Shown: positions 48,819 to 59,271 of the stretch, one piece after another
Position numbering within the stretch: position 1 is the stretch's first letter
Layout of the letters: each line of letters begins with the position of its first letter
Assembly: GCA_965262615.1 (NCBI GenBank)
Contig: OZ253545.1
Location: forward strand, 256,001 to 320,000
From: Alphaproteobacteria bacterium
GTDB taxonomy: Bacteria; Pseudomonadota; Alphaproteobacteria; GM7ARS4; G965262615
Reading direction: 5' to 3'
DNA: 64,000 nt
Notes under the pieces: model-generated
What the model saw: the letters and a program-made list of their open reading frames with translations, nothing else
Told to the model about the DNA's origin: nothing
The model's database searches: none
Made by a program: the position numbers and the translations under genes

Positions 48819-49547
48819 ATGGCTCGGCGCACAAAACTGACAAAAATCTACGAGGGCAAAGCCAAGGATCTGTTTGAAGGTCCCGACCCGCACACCCTCG
48901 TGCAATATTTCAAAGACGACACCACCGCCTTTAACAAAGAAAAAAGCGGGGTGATTGAAGGCAAAGGCATCATCAACAATCGCATATCGGAATATATCAT
49001 GGCACAGCTGAGCCAACATGGCATCGCCACCCATTTTCTCAAACGCCTCAATATGCGCGAACAACTGATTCGCAAAGTGGATATGTTCCCCTTGGAAGTT
49101 GTGGTGCGCAACATTGCGGCGGGCTCTATCTGTCGGCGGTTGGGACTCACCGAAGGCGATGCTCTGCCTCGCTCCATCGTGGAATACTACTACAAAGAAG
49201 ACCAATTGAGCGACCCTCTCGTGAGCGATGACCACATCACCGCCTTTGGCTGGGCAAGTTTTCACGAACTGGAAGAACTCTACGCTATTTCCTTGCGTAT
49301 CAATGACTTTCTCAGAGGCTTATTCGCCGCCGCCCATCTGGTTTTGGTGGATTTCAAACTGGAATACGGCAAAGACAGTGAGGGCAATATTATTCTTGCC
49401 GATGAAATCAGCCCCGATTCATGCCGCCTGTGGGATCAAACCACTCGGAACAAAATGGACAAGGATCGCTTTCGTCACAATTTAGGCGGAGAAGCCGAAG
49501 CCTATACTGAGGTGGCGCGCCGTTTGGGTGTCTTGCCCGCCGCTTGA
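48819..49547 (+). CDS. purC: SAICAR synthetase
   Basis: [42 protein letters not shown]. Confidence 0.97.
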   Translation: MARRTKLTKIYEGKAKDLFEGPDPHTLVQYFKDDTTAFNKEKSGVIEGKGIINNRISEYIMAQLSQHGIATHFLKRLNMREQLIRKVDMFPLEVVVRNIAAGSICRRLGLTEGDALPRSIVEYYYKEDQLSDPLVSDDHITAFGWASFHELEELYAISLRINDFLRGLFAAAHLVLVDFKLEYGKDSEGNIILADEISPDSCRLWDQTTRNKMDKDRFRHNLGGEAEAYTEVARRLGVLPAA

Positions 49548-49549
49548 AA

Positions 49550-49822
49550 ATGATGCGTTTTATTGTCTCTATTTGGCCCCGCAAGGCACAGCTGGACCCC
49601 CAAGGCACTGCCATCCACCATTCACTCGCTCAATTGGGATTTGACGGTGTCTCTCATGTCACGCACGGCAAGCAACTGGCGGTCACCGTGGAGGAATCCT
49701 CAGAGAAAAAAGCACACGCACGCATTGATGACATGTGTCGCACTTTGTTGGTCAATCCCATCACGGAGGATTACACCATTCGCCGCTCCGATGACGATGA
49801 CGCATCATGCACACCGCAATAA
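49550..49822 (+). CDS. purS: FGAM synthase subunit PurS
   Basis: LDPQGTAI, LLVNPITEDY; purC-purS-purQ-purL order. Confidence 0.93.
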   Translation: MMRFIVSIWPRKAQLDPQGTAIHHSLAQLGFDGVSHVTHGKQLAVTVEESSEKKAHARIDDMCRTLLVNPITEDYTIRRSDDDDASCTPQ

Positions 49823-50475
49823 TCTCATTCCCTGGGTCTAATTGCGAAGAGGATGTGGCGCGCGCGCTCCATGAGGTCACGGGAGCTGCACCGTCGCGTC
49901 TGCGGCATGATGAAACCCAAGCACAAAAAGCCGATTTGTATGTTCTGCCCGGTGGCTTTTCCTTTGGTGACTATTTGCGCGCAGGAGCTCTCGCGGCACG
50001 GGCGACAATCATGGATGACATTGTCAAACGCGCCAGCAAGGGCGCGTATCTGCTGGGAATTTGCAATGGCTTTCAAATTCTGCTGGAGCGAGGATTGCTG
50101 CCGGGCTGTCTGCTGACCAATCATCATTTGCGCTTTCGCTGCTCCATGCAAGCTCTGCAAGTCGCCAATGCCGATACCGTCTTTACGCACCAATTTGCCA
50201 ATGATGAAGTCATTCACTTTCCCATCGCCCATCAAACGGGATGCTATCATGCCGATGAGACGACATTGAATCGCCTCAAAGACAATGACCAAATTGCCTT
50301 TCGCTATCATGACAATAATCCCAACGGCTCGGCGGACGGCATTGCCGGCATCTTTGATGACCACAAACGCATTCTCGGAATCATGCCGCACCCTGAGCGC
50401 GCCATGCACTCCATTCATGAATCGCAAGATGGAAAACGCTTTTTTCAAGGATTGCTTCATGCTCTTAAAAAATAA
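49807..50475 (+). CDS. purQ: FGAM synthase subunit PurQ
   Basis: FPGSNCE, PGGFSFGDYLRAG, GICNGFQIL, NPNGS, MPHPER. Confidence 0.96.
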   Translation: MHTAIISFPGSNCEEDVARALHEVTGAAPSRLRHDETQAQKADLYVLPGGFSFGDYLRAGALAARATIMDDIVKRASKGAYLLGICNGFQILLERGLLPGCLLTNHHLRFRCSMQALQVANADTVFTHQFANDEVIHFPIAHQTGCYHADETTLNRLKDNDQIAFRYHDNNPNGSADGIAGIFDDHKRILGIMPHPERAMHSIHESQDGKRFFQGLLHALKK

Positions 50476-52660
50476 GGCATTTGCGAATTTCAATGATGAT
50501 GAACAAGAACTCATCAAAAAATTGCTGAAACGAGACCCCGTTGATTTGGAGTGTGCCCTCATCAAGGCTCTGTGGTCGGAGCATTGTTCTTATAAATCGT
50601 CAAAAAATTGCCTCAAGCGTCTTCCCAATGAGGCTTCATGGGTTTTGTGTGGTGAGGGCGAAAATGCGGGAGCGGTGGATGTGGGCGATGGGCTGGCTTG
50701 TGTCTTTAAGATTGAAAGTCACAACCATCCATCGTTTATAGAACCCTATCAGGGAGCGGCAACGGCGGTGGGAGGTATTTTGCGTGATATTTTTGCCATG
50801 GGTGCGCGTCCCAAAGCACTGATGAATGTCCTCGCCTTTGGTGAGCCTTCCCATGCGCGCACTCGTTATCTATTGCGCGAGGTGGTGCGCGGCATTGGCG
50901 ACTACGGCAATTGCGTGGGCGTTCCCACTGTGGGCGGCGAATGTCGCTTTGATGCCAGTTACAATGACAATATCATCGTCAATGCTTTGGCGGCGGGAAT
51001 TGTGCCTCATGATGGTCTGGCGTCGGCTGCCGCACCCAGTGGCTCGCTATTGATGTATGCTGGCAGCACCACAGGACGAGATGGCATTGCGGGAGCTGAA
51101 ATGGCATCGCGTCCTTTTCAGCACAACGCCATCACCGACGACAGACCCTCCGTGCAGGGCGGCGACCCTTTTGCTGGCAGACAAATCATGCAAGCCTCTC
51201 TTGCCATCATCAACCGACGGCTCGCTCTGGCGGTGCAAGACATGGGGGCGGCGGGACTCACATCCTCTGTCTTTGAAATGGCTGAAAAAGGTGAAGTATC
51301 GCTCAATTTAAATCTTGACTGTGTCCCTCTGCGGATGCCTTATCTCACCCCTCATGATATCATGCTCTCGGAAAGCCAAGAGCGTATGCTCTTTGCCATT
51401 GAGCCCGCCAAACAAAAAGCCGTGGAGACCATTCTCAATGAATGGCAATTGAGCCATGCCGTCATCGGACAATTTAATGAGGGCAATCGCGTCACCGCCA
51501 CCATGAACGGCAAAACCGTGTTTGATCTGCCCACCGCCATCGTCTCTCAAGCCCCCGTGTATGACCGCCCACAAAAAGACACCAAATTACCTCCTCCCAT
51601 GCCGCGCGACCATCATCTCAAAATCAAAGATGACCCTCATCTCATGCAAAAAAATCTCACATCCATGCTTGGCAGTCATCATGCCGCCAGTCGCCGCTGG
51701 ATTTTTGAGCAATACGATTGTCATGTCATGACCGATACCGTGCAGGCATCGGGAGGCGATGCGGCAATCATCCGCATTCACGACAACGGCAGGGCAATAG
51801 CCCTCGCCTGTGATTCTCACCCGCGCGCCACGGCTCTTCACCCGCGGCACGGCACGGCTCTGGCTGCGTCCGAGTGTTATCGCAATCTGTGTGCGGTGGG
51901 CGCGCGCCCTTTGGCATTCACCAATAATCTCAATTTTGGCAATCCCGAAGACCCTCACATCATGACCCAGCTGGCGCAATCCATTGAGGGACTGCGAGAT
52001 GCCGCCCTTGCCCTTGATTGTCCTGTCGTCTCCGGCAATGTCTCTCTCTACAATGAGACCGACCAGCATGCCATCATGCCCACGCCCGTCATCGGCGGCT
52101 TGGCGGTCATGGAGGACATGACTCAGCATGCCCATCTCAAAAACCTCAATCAAGGCGACCAGATTTTTCTCATTGGCGAATCAAGAGGGGAATTGGGCGC
52201 GTCTCTTTATTGTCACTGTCACCAGCTGGCGCGTGATTTTGCTCCGCCCGAGCCGCGCCTTGACGAGGAGAAAAAACACGGCACATTTGTGCGCCACATG
52301 ATTGAGCAAAACATCACCCGCTGCGTTCATGATGTCAGTGACGGCGGTTGGATCATGGCAATCTGTGATATGATCTGTGCCAGTGGGCAAGGCGTTCGGC
52401 TGCATCGTGAGGCGCGCTCAGAGATGTCTTTGACGGCATGGCTGTTTTGTGAATCCCCCGCCCGTTATATCCTTGTCACCGCGAAGCCTCAATCACTGCA
52501 AGAACAAGCCACAAAGCACACAATTCCCCTCGCTTCTCTCGGCATGGTGACAGGAGACGCGCTCTCCATGCAAGGGGTTTTTGATTGTCCCGTCACCGAA
52601 TTAATCCGTCTTTACTCTCAATGGTTTGATGATTATATTGATGGTAGGGAGATGCCATGA
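50459..52660 (+). CDS. purL: FGAM synthase subunit PurL
   Basis: WSEHCSYKSS, ESHNHPSFIEPYQGA, QDMGAAGL, LSESQERM, VSGNVSLYNET. Confidence 0.97.
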   Translation: MLLKNKAFANFNDDEQELIKKLLKRDPVDLECALIKALWSEHCSYKSSKNCLKRLPNEASWVLCGEGENAGAVDVGDGLACVFKIESHNHPSFIEPYQGAATAVGGILRDIFAMGARPKALMNVLAFGEPSHARTRYLLREVVRGIGDYGNCVGVPTVGGECRFDASYNDNIIVNALAAGIVPHDGLASAAAPSGSLLMYAGSTTGRDGIAGAEMASRPFQHNAITDDRPSVQGGDPFAGRQIMQASLAIINRRLALAVQDMGAAGLTSSVFEMAEKGEVSLNLNLDCVPLRMPYLTPHDIMLSESQERMLFAIEPAKQKAVETILNEWQLSHAVIGQFNEGNRVTATMNGKTVFDLPTAIVSQAPVYDRPQKDTKLPPPMPRDHHLKIKDDPHLMQKNLTSMLGSHHAASRRWIFEQYDCHVMTDTVQASGGDAAIIRIHDNGRAIALACDSHPRATALHPRHGTALAASECYRNLCAVGARPLAFTNNLNFGNPEDPHIMTQLAQSIEGLRDAALALDCPVVSGNVSLYNETDQHAIMPTPVIGGLAVMEDMTQHAHLKNLNQGDQIFLIGESRGELGASLYCHCHQLARDFAPPEPRLDEEKKHGTFVRHMIEQNITRCVHDVSDGGWIMAICDMICASGQGVRLHREARSEMSLTAWLFCESPARYILVTAKPQSLQEQATKHTIPLASLGMVTGDALSMQGVFDCPVTELIRLYSQWFDDYIDGREMP

Positions 52661-52887
52661 ATCAACAGGTGCGCGCCATAGAAAAACGCATCATGGATGC
52701 CATTCCTGATGCTCGTGTGGAGGTCAAAGACACGCGCGGAGACGGCTATCATTATGAGGTGCATGTGCGTTCCTCTTCCTTTGAGGGCTTGAGTCGTGTC
52801 AAGCAGCATCAGCGTGTTTATCACGCCATTGGTGATGATGTGGGACACGCCATTCACGCCCTCTCCGTTCATACACACACTAACTGA
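52657..52887 (+). CDS. bolA: BolA family protein
   Basis: GDGYHY, FEGLSRVKQHQRVY, IHALS. Confidence 0.9.
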   Translation: MNQQVRAIEKRIMDAIPDARVEVKDTRGDGYHYEVHVRSSSFEGLSRVKQHQRVYHAIGDDVGHAIHALSVHTHTN

Positions 52888-52897
52888 GGATGAGCTC

Positions 52898-53239
52898 ATG
52901 ACCGATGTCACTCACAATTCAATTCAATCCACCATTGAGACCCACGATGTGGTTCTGTTCATGAAAGGGACGGCGTCATTTCCCATGTGTGGCTTCTCGG
53001 CAATGGCGGCGGATATTTTGCAAACGCTGGATGTCCCCTTTACCGATGTGGATGTTCTCAAGGATGACGGCTTGCGACAAGGAATCAAAAGCTATTCCGA
53101 TTGGCCCACCATACCTCAATTGTATGTCAAGGGCGAGTTCATCGGCGGCTGCGATATTGTGCGCGAAATGTATGGCAGTGGCGAGCTGAAGGAATTGCTC
53201 AGCCAAAAGGGCGTGATGGCTCACGCCTCGCCATCATGA
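52898..53239 (+). CDS. grxD: Monothiol glutaredoxin Grx4
   Basis: FMKGT, CGFS, WPTIPQLY, GGCDI. Confidence 0.95.
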   Translation: MTDVTHNSIQSTIETHDVVLFMKGTASFPMCGFSAMAADILQTLDVPFTDVDVLKDDGLRQGIKSYSDWPTIPQLYVKGEFIGGCDIVREMYGSGELKELLSQKGVMAHASPS

Positions 53240-54289
53240 GTTTTTGGGAAAAACAAACACCGAGCATTTTTCAATCAGCACTTGGATGCGCGTTCCCTCT
53301 TTGGGCAAAATCACCCCACTGAGTCTGGCATTGAGGATGACATTCTCATCAATGGCGATGCGCAAATGACTCACCCTTCCCAAAAGCCGCGCCGATAGGA
53401 TGCGACCATAAAGCCCATCCTCACCACCTTCACCTCCCTCACGAATGGTGATGCCATCGGGGCGAATGAGCACATCCACCTCTTTGCCATCGGCAATGGC
53501 AGTGGCGGCAAATTTGCCCACCGCCGTCTTCACGATGTGCGAGTGCACGACGCCAGACAGACGATTCACGGGACCAAATAATTCAGTGACAAAACGATCC
53601 ACAGGTCCAAGCCAAGTCTCGCTGGGAGAGCCCGACTGCACGATCGCTCCCTCATCATTCAAAATAAAAATGCGATCCGCCATAAACATGGCTTCTTCGG
53701 GATCATGAGTGACCAAAATAATCGCCGCGCCACTCTCTTGCAAAAATTCCAGTGTCTCTTCACGCATCAAAATGCGATTGTGAGCATCCAAATTGGAAAA
53801 AGGCTCATCCATCAACAACACGCTGGGTGATGCCGCCAGCGCGCGCAACAATGCCACTCGTTGCATCTGTCCGCCCGATAATTGGTGAGGCCAGGAATGT
53901 GTCAGTGATTCCATGTTGAGGCGCAGCATGGCATCATGAATCCACAATTCCCCCGCCTGCCGCATGCCATTGAGACCAAATCCAATGTTATCTCGCACCG
54001 ATAAATGAGGAAACAGTGCCGCTTCTTGAAACATCATGCCCACTTTGCGGCGTTCTGGTGGTGTCAATAATCCTCCTGCCACATCGGTGACCATGCGATC
54101 ATTGATGGCGATATGCCCCTGGCGGGGCGTCTCCAACCCGGCAATGATGCGCAGCAGTGTCGTCTTGCCACATCCCGAAGGTCCCAACAAACAGGCAATC
54201 TCCCCCGTTGCCACATGCAGCGATATATCCTGCAAAATGCGACATGAGCCGTACCAATGAGAAATATGATGCAATCGCAAGCCGTCCAT
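53234..54289 (-). CDS. Fe(3+) ABC transporter ATP-binding protein
   Basis: [27 protein letters not shown]; operon with Fe3+ permease and binding protein. Confidence 0.88.
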   Translation of the reverse strand: MDGLRLHHISHWYGSCRILQDISLHVATGEIACLLGPSGCGKTTLLRIIAGLETPRQGHIAINDRMVTDVAGGLLTPPERRKVGMMFQEAALFPHLSVRDNIGFGLNGMRQAGELWIHDAMLRLNMESLTHSWPHQLSGGQMQRVALLRALAASPSVLLMDEPFSNLDAHNRILMREETLEFLQESGAAIILVTHDPEEAMFMADRIFILNDEGAIVQSGSPSETWLGPVDRFVTELFGPVNRLSGVVHSHIVKTAVGKFAATAIADGKEVDVLIRPDGITIREGGEGGEDGLYGRILSARLLGRVSHLRIAIDENVILNARLSGVILPKEGTRIQVLIEKCSVFVFPKNS

Positions 54290-55848
54290 CAGACCACCAA
54301 CCGCTCAGTGGATTCTTTTTTGTTGATGGCGTAATTGATGAGCATGACAGGAATCATTCCCACCAACACCAATACGAGAGCTCCATGAGCCACCTCGGAA
54401 AATCGCTCTTCTGACGCATATTGCCATATCCAAGTCGCCAATGTTTCATAATTAAGGGGACGCGTCAGCAAAGTCAAAGGGAGTTCTTTCATTCCTTCCA
54501 CGAACACGAACAACACCGCCGCCCAAAAGCTTTTCTGCACCATCGGCAGATAAACATGATGCACAACCGCGAGCGGTGAGTGTCCTAGAGTGCGGGCGGT
54601 ATCTTCCATCTGTGGCGTGATGCGCAGCAAGGAGGCGCGCATCAAACCGTACGGGATTGCCATAAAGCGCACAACATACCCATAAATCAACCCCACCACA
54701 GATGATAACAAAAGGGATGATGACGGGATGGCGGCAAGAGTCATCATCACACCAATAGCAAGCACCGCGCCCGGAATGGCATAGCCGACAGATGCGGTGC
54801 GCATGATGGCACTCAAGACAGGCGGCGCAGGCGGCAAACAAGACCAAGACAGTGCAAATCCCAACAATGCCGCCAGTAATGATGCCACAAAGGATGTGGT
54901 CACACTATTGAGGGCATGAATCCAAAAATCACCGCTCAAAAAAGAATGAGAATCCATCATCACATGACTCGCCAAAAACCACACAGGAATACCAAATCCC
55001 AACAGCACCAAAACACAACAAAATCCACACGCCGCCGCCGCGCGCCAGCCGCGTAATATTTTGGGCGGCACGGCTTGGCTTTTCATGCCAATGGGATGAT
55101 ATCGTCTGGCGCGCCGTCCAAAAGCTTCCAACGCCATGACGCACAGCACAACAATCAACAACACCAACGATAATTGTGCCGCCGCCGTGGCACTGAACAT
55201 GGTCATCCATGCATCATAAATGCCGACCGTGAAGACAGGCAGAGCAAAATATTGCACTGTGCCAAAATCCGATAAGCTCTCCATCGCCACCAAGGCACAC
55301 GCCCCCGCGAGGGCAGGGCGCAGCAACGGCAGTGCCACTTTGAAAAAATTACGCCACGCACCACATCCCAAAATTCGTCCCGCCTCAAAGATGGACGATG
55401 ATTGCTCCATCAATGCCGAACGGACAAATAAATACACATACGGATACAAAACCAGACTCAAAACAAAAATCGCACCCCCAACAGAACGAATGCCACTTTG
55501 AGGAAATAAATCGGTGTAAATAAAAGCAACAATGTATGAAGGCACAGCCAGAGGCAACAACAATGATGCCTGCAAAAATGTGCGCAAAGGAAAGCGATAT
55601 AAAGTCACAAGCCACGCCGACCCCAGACCCGCCAGCAAAGACATCATCATGACACCCAAAACCAACAGCATGGTGGTGCCAAGATGACGCTCCATCGTGA
55701 TGCGCATGATGTAATGCCACGAATCGCCGTCAGAGGTGAGAGCCAATTGCAGCAGAAAAAATAATGGCGCAGCCACCATCAATGCCAACACCAATGCTGG
55801 CAATCGCCGCCACCACAAAAAGAAATTACTGATCAAAAGCGATGTCAT
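54289..55848 (-). CDS. Fe(3+) ABC transporter permease
   Basis: LPLAVPSYI, YPYVYL, SDFGTV, GYAIPG, MKELPLTL. Confidence 0.9.
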   Translation of the reverse strand: MTSLLISNFFLWWRRLPALVLALMVAAPLFFLLQLALTSDGDSWHYIMRITMERHLGTTMLLVLGVMMMSLLAGLGSAWLVTLYRFPLRTFLQASLLLPLAVPSYIVAFIYTDLFPQSGIRSVGGAIFVLSLVLYPYVYLFVRSALMEQSSSIFEAGRILGCGAWRNFFKVALPLLRPALAGACALVAMESLSDFGTVQYFALPVFTVGIYDAWMTMFSATAAAQLSLVLLIVVLCVMALEAFGRRARRYHPIGMKSQAVPPKILRGWRAAAACGFCCVLVLLGFGIPVWFLASHVMMDSHSFLSGDFWIHALNSVTTSFVASLLAALLGFALSWSCLPPAPPVLSAIMRTASVGYAIPGAVLAIGVMMTLAAIPSSSLLLSSVVGLIYGYVVRFMAIPYGLMRASLLRITPQMEDTARTLGHSPLAVVHHVYLPMVQKSFWAAVLFVFVEGMKELPLTLLTRPLNYETLATWIWQYASEERFSEVAHGALVLVLVGMIPVMLINYAINKKESTERLVV

Positions 55849-56857
55849 CTATCAATCTTAACGCCTCATCGCGATATTGATAGATGGTGACATAATCCGT
55901 TTCAGCCTCAACCACATCGCCCCACGATGCCACAAGTTCAGAGGGTGGCACGAGGGGACGAATGGGATATTCATGATTGTCATCGGCAAATATTTTTTGT
56001 CCCTCATCACTGAGCAAAAATTCAATAAAGGCTAATGAATCCTCTGGGTGGTGAGATGATGCCGCCAGAGCCACCGCACTGATGCTGCCGTAAGCACCGC
56101 CATCCTGAACTGACGGAAACACCAACTCAATGGCATCAGCCCAATTGCGCTCATTGATGTCTGTGTTTTTTGTCATTTTGCCGAGATAGTAGCTGTTCAT
56201 GATGGCGACATCACACACCCCATCATGAATGGCACGCGCTTGGGCTCTATCATTGCCTTGAGGTTTGCGAGCGAGATTATTTTTGAATGCGGTGAGCCAT
56301 TGTCTTGTTTTTTGCGTTCCTTGTTTGACGATCATGGCAGCCACCAGTGCCACATTATAGGGATGTTTGCCTGACCGAGAGCATAATCTTCCTGCAAAAA
56401 CAGGCGATGCCAAATCCTGATAGGAGGAAACATTCACGCCCTTGCGGACGATGGGCACACGCATTCTTTTGGTAACGCCGACCCAGAAATTGTCAGAGCG
56501 ATAGGATTTTGCCACCAATGCCACAATATTGTGCGGCAGAGGTGACAGCACCCCCGCTTCTTGCAATGGCATCATGATGGAGGCATCCGCCGCGATAATG
56601 ACATCGGCGGGGCTGTTGCGTCCTTCCAGCTTGAGTCGTTCCACCAATCCTTTTTTGCTGTAGACAACGGTCACATCCACATCATGTCGCTTACGAAATG
56701 CCTCAACCACGGGCTCTAGCAAAAATGCTTGCCGCGTGGTGTAGATGACGAGGGCATCATCGCTGGCTGTGGGTCGTCCCCACAGCAACCACCCCAATGA
56801 TGCGACCACCAACGCTGCCACCAGAGCATAGGAAAAAAAACGATGTTTAGCTGTCAC
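55826..56857 (-). CDS. Fe(3+) ABC transporter substrate-binding protein (FbpA/FutA-like)
   Basis: EGRNSPADV, RSGKHPYN, NLARKPQGNDRAQ, NSYY, NHEYP. Confidence 0.9.
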   Translation of the reverse strand: MTAKHRFFSYALVAALVVASLGWLLWGRPTASDDALVIYTTRQAFLLEPVVEAFRKRHDVDVTVVYSKKGLVERLKLEGRNSPADVIIAADASIMMPLQEAGVLSPLPHNIVALVAKSYRSDNFWVGVTKRMRVPIVRKGVNVSSYQDLASPVFAGRLCSRSGKHPYNVALVAAMIVKQGTQKTRQWLTAFKNNLARKPQGNDRAQARAIHDGVCDVAIMNSYYLGKMTKNTDINERNWADAIELVFPSVQDGGAYGSISAVALAASSHHPEDSLAFIEFLLSDEGQKIFADDNHEYPIRPLVPPSELVASWGDVVEAETDYVTIYQYRDEALRLIDDIAFDQ

Positions 56858-57590
56858 GGAATGTCTCTAACTGACGAGTTATAGCACATAAATCCTGCCA
56901 CGCCATTTTTTTATGAAGAGGAGAGCGCAAAAGATAGGCAGGATGAAACATCGGACGCGCCTTGATGACCGCGCCATTGTCACCGTGATAATCGTACCAC
57001 TGTCCTCGCAAGCGGCTGATTCCCTCTTTTCGTCCCAACAAGGCGGCGGTGGCAACATTGCCTAAAAAAATGAGAACGCGCGGCGCAACCAACGCAATGT
57101 GACGGCGAATGAACGGCACGCACATTTCAATTTCCTCCAGATGCGGCGTGCGATTGCCAGGAGGACGCCACGGCACAATGTTGCCAATCCGCACTTGTTG
57201 CGCCCCCAATCCGATGGATTGCAGCATCACATCCAACAAGCGTCCGCTGCGCCCCACAAAGGGTTTGCCCTCTCTGTCTTCATCTGCGCCGGGAGCCTCC
57301 CCAACACACATCACAATGGCATTGTCCGAGCCACGGGCAAACACCGTGTTCATGGCAAATTGCTTGAGGTCACAGCCATCAAAATCGCGTATGTCTTGTT
57401 CCAATTGTTCTAGTGAGTCGGACCGAGATGGATTTTCAAGCTTGGGCTCAAAGTCAGTGGCGACAACAGAAGGAGACGATATCCCCCAGTCTCTCACCCC
57501 CCAATCTCTCACACCGCTTGCCTGCCACCACCGCAAGTAATGATAAAAAGCTTGTGAATATGCTTGTCCTATGGGTGTGTGGTCTGCCAT
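56847..57590 (-). CDS. Uracil-DNA glycosylase family 4
   Basis: VGEAPGADED, PFVGRSGRLLD, WRPPGNRTP, FHPAYLLR. Confidence 0.93.
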   Translation of the reverse strand: MADHTPIGQAYSQAFYHYLRWWQASGVRDWGVRDWGISSPSVVATDFEPKLENPSRSDSLEQLEQDIRDFDGCDLKQFAMNTVFARGSDNAIVMCVGEAPGADEDREGKPFVGRSGRLLDVMLQSIGLGAQQVRIGNIVPWRPPGNRTPHLEEIEMCVPFIRRHIALVAPRVLIFLGNVATAALLGRKEGISRLRGQWYDYHGDNGAVIKARPMFHPAYLLRSPLHKKMAWQDLCAITRQLETFRDS

Positions 57591-57645
57591 ATAAACGCTA
57601 TATGATAGTTGCTGACACAGCACAAGCCACGATTGGAGACAGAGG

Positions 57646-59268
57646 GTGACACGAGAATCCATGCACTATGATGTTGTGATTGTGGGCGCGGGCCCTGCGG
57701 GTCTGGCGACCGCCATTCGCCTCAAACAGAAAGCCAAAGATTCTCTCACGGTCGCCGTTGTGGAAAAAGCCGCCGAGGTGGGCGGGCATATTTTGTCTGG
57801 CGCGGTGATGGATCCGTGCGGACTCAATGAGCTGATTGCCGATTGGAGCAAAAAAGGCGCGCCCGTGCGCTGTGCCGTGACCAAAGACCGTATGCTCTAT
57901 CTCACCCGACGCCATGCCGTCCCTCTGCCGACACCGTCTTTTGTGCGTAATGAGGGCAATTACATCATATCGCTGGGGGAACTGTGTCGTTGGCTGGCAA
58001 CCCAAGCCGAAGAATTGGGAGTGGATATTTTCCCCGGATTTGCCGCCAGTGATGCCGTCTTTAATGACAAAGGACACATGAGCGGGATCGTCACGGGAGT
58101 CATGGGCATTGGCAAAGACGGCACACACACCGAACGCTATCAAGAAGGCATTGAATTGCACGCCCAGCAAATCGTCCTTGCGGAAGGGGCGCGCGGCTCT
58201 CTCACCAAAAAAATCATCGCCCAATTCAAATTAGACCAAAATGCCGACCCGCAAACCTACGGCATTGGCATCAAGGAACTGTGGGAGATTAAAAAGGAAA
58301 AGCATCAGCAAGGCTTCGTCACTCATACGGTGGGATGGCCCTTGGATTCTCGCACCTATGGCGGCTCTTTTTTGTATCACATGAATGATGGGTTGCTCGC
58401 CTGTGGCTTTGTGGTGGCACTGGATTATCACAATCCGTGGATGAGTCCTTTTGAGGAATTTCAGCGTTTCAAAACCCATCCTTCCATTCGTCCACTGTTT
58501 GAGGGCGGCAGGCGTGTTGCCTATGGAGCGCGCGCCCTGACCGAGGGCGGATGGCAATCATTGCCGCGCCTGTCTTTTCCCAATGGCTTGCTGGTGGGAT
58601 GTGCTGCCGGCATGGTGAATGTTCCGCGCATCAAGGGCAGCCACAATGCCATTCGCTCCGGCATCCTTGCCGCCGATTGCATTGTCGCCGCCGCCCGCAA
58701 AAATCAATTGCAGCAAGAAATCACGCAGTATGACACCCTTGTGCGCGACGGTGACATCGGACAAGAACTGAGGCGCGTGCGTAATGTGCGTCCCTTTTTC
58801 CGCTACGGCTTATGGGCGGGGATGGTGCATGCGGCGGTGGATGGTGTCATTTTACGCGGCAGAGCTCCTTGGACTCTTCATCATCACCCGGACAACAAAA
58901 GCCTCACGCCAGCCGCCAAGGCGCGCCCCATCACCTATCCCAAAGCCGATGGCATCGTCACCTTTGATCGCCTCTCATCCTTGCCTCTGGCGGGCGTTGC
59001 CCATGAGGACAATCAACCCGCTCATCTCACCCTCACCGATGAAGCCATTCCCATCAAACACAACCTCGCCCTCTATGATGCCCCCGAACAGCGATATTGT
59101 CCTGCCAATGTCTACGAGATCATCACTCCTGATGGCAAAAATCCCACCCTGCAAATCAATGCGCAAAATTGCGTCCATTGCAAAAGCTGTGACATCAAAG
59201 ACCCCTTGCAAAATATTCAATGGGTGACTCCCGAAGGCGGCGGTGGTCCCAACTATCCCAACATGTGA
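57646..59268 (+). CDS. Electron transfer flavoprotein-ubiquinone oxidoreductase
   Basis: VGAGPAGL, GHILSGAV, YGIGIKELW, CPANVYE, NCVHCKSCDIKDP, PEGGGGPNY. Confidence 0.96.
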   Translation: MTRESMHYDVVIVGAGPAGLATAIRLKQKAKDSLTVAVVEKAAEVGGHILSGAVMDPCGLNELIADWSKKGAPVRCAVTKDRMLYLTRRHAVPLPTPSFVRNEGNYIISLGELCRWLATQAEELGVDIFPGFAASDAVFNDKGHMSGIVTGVMGIGKDGTHTERYQEGIELHAQQIVLAEGARGSLTKKIIAQFKLDQNADPQTYGIGIKELWEIKKEKHQQGFVTHTVGWPLDSRTYGGSFLYHMNDGLLACGFVVALDYHNPWMSPFEEFQRFKTHPSIRPLFEGGRRVAYGARALTEGGWQSLPRLSFPNGLLVGCAAGMVNVPRIKGSHNAIRSGILAADCIVAAARKNQLQQEITQYDTLVRDGDIGQELRRVRNVRPFFRYGLWAGMVHAAVDGVILRGRAPWTLHHHPDNKSLTPAAKARPITYPKADGIVTFDRLSSLPLAGVAHEDNQPAHLTLTDEAIPIKHNLALYDAPEQRYCPANVYEIITPDGKNPTLQINAQNCVHCKSCDIKDPLQNIQWVTPEGGGGPNYPNM

Positions 59269-59271
59269 TTC

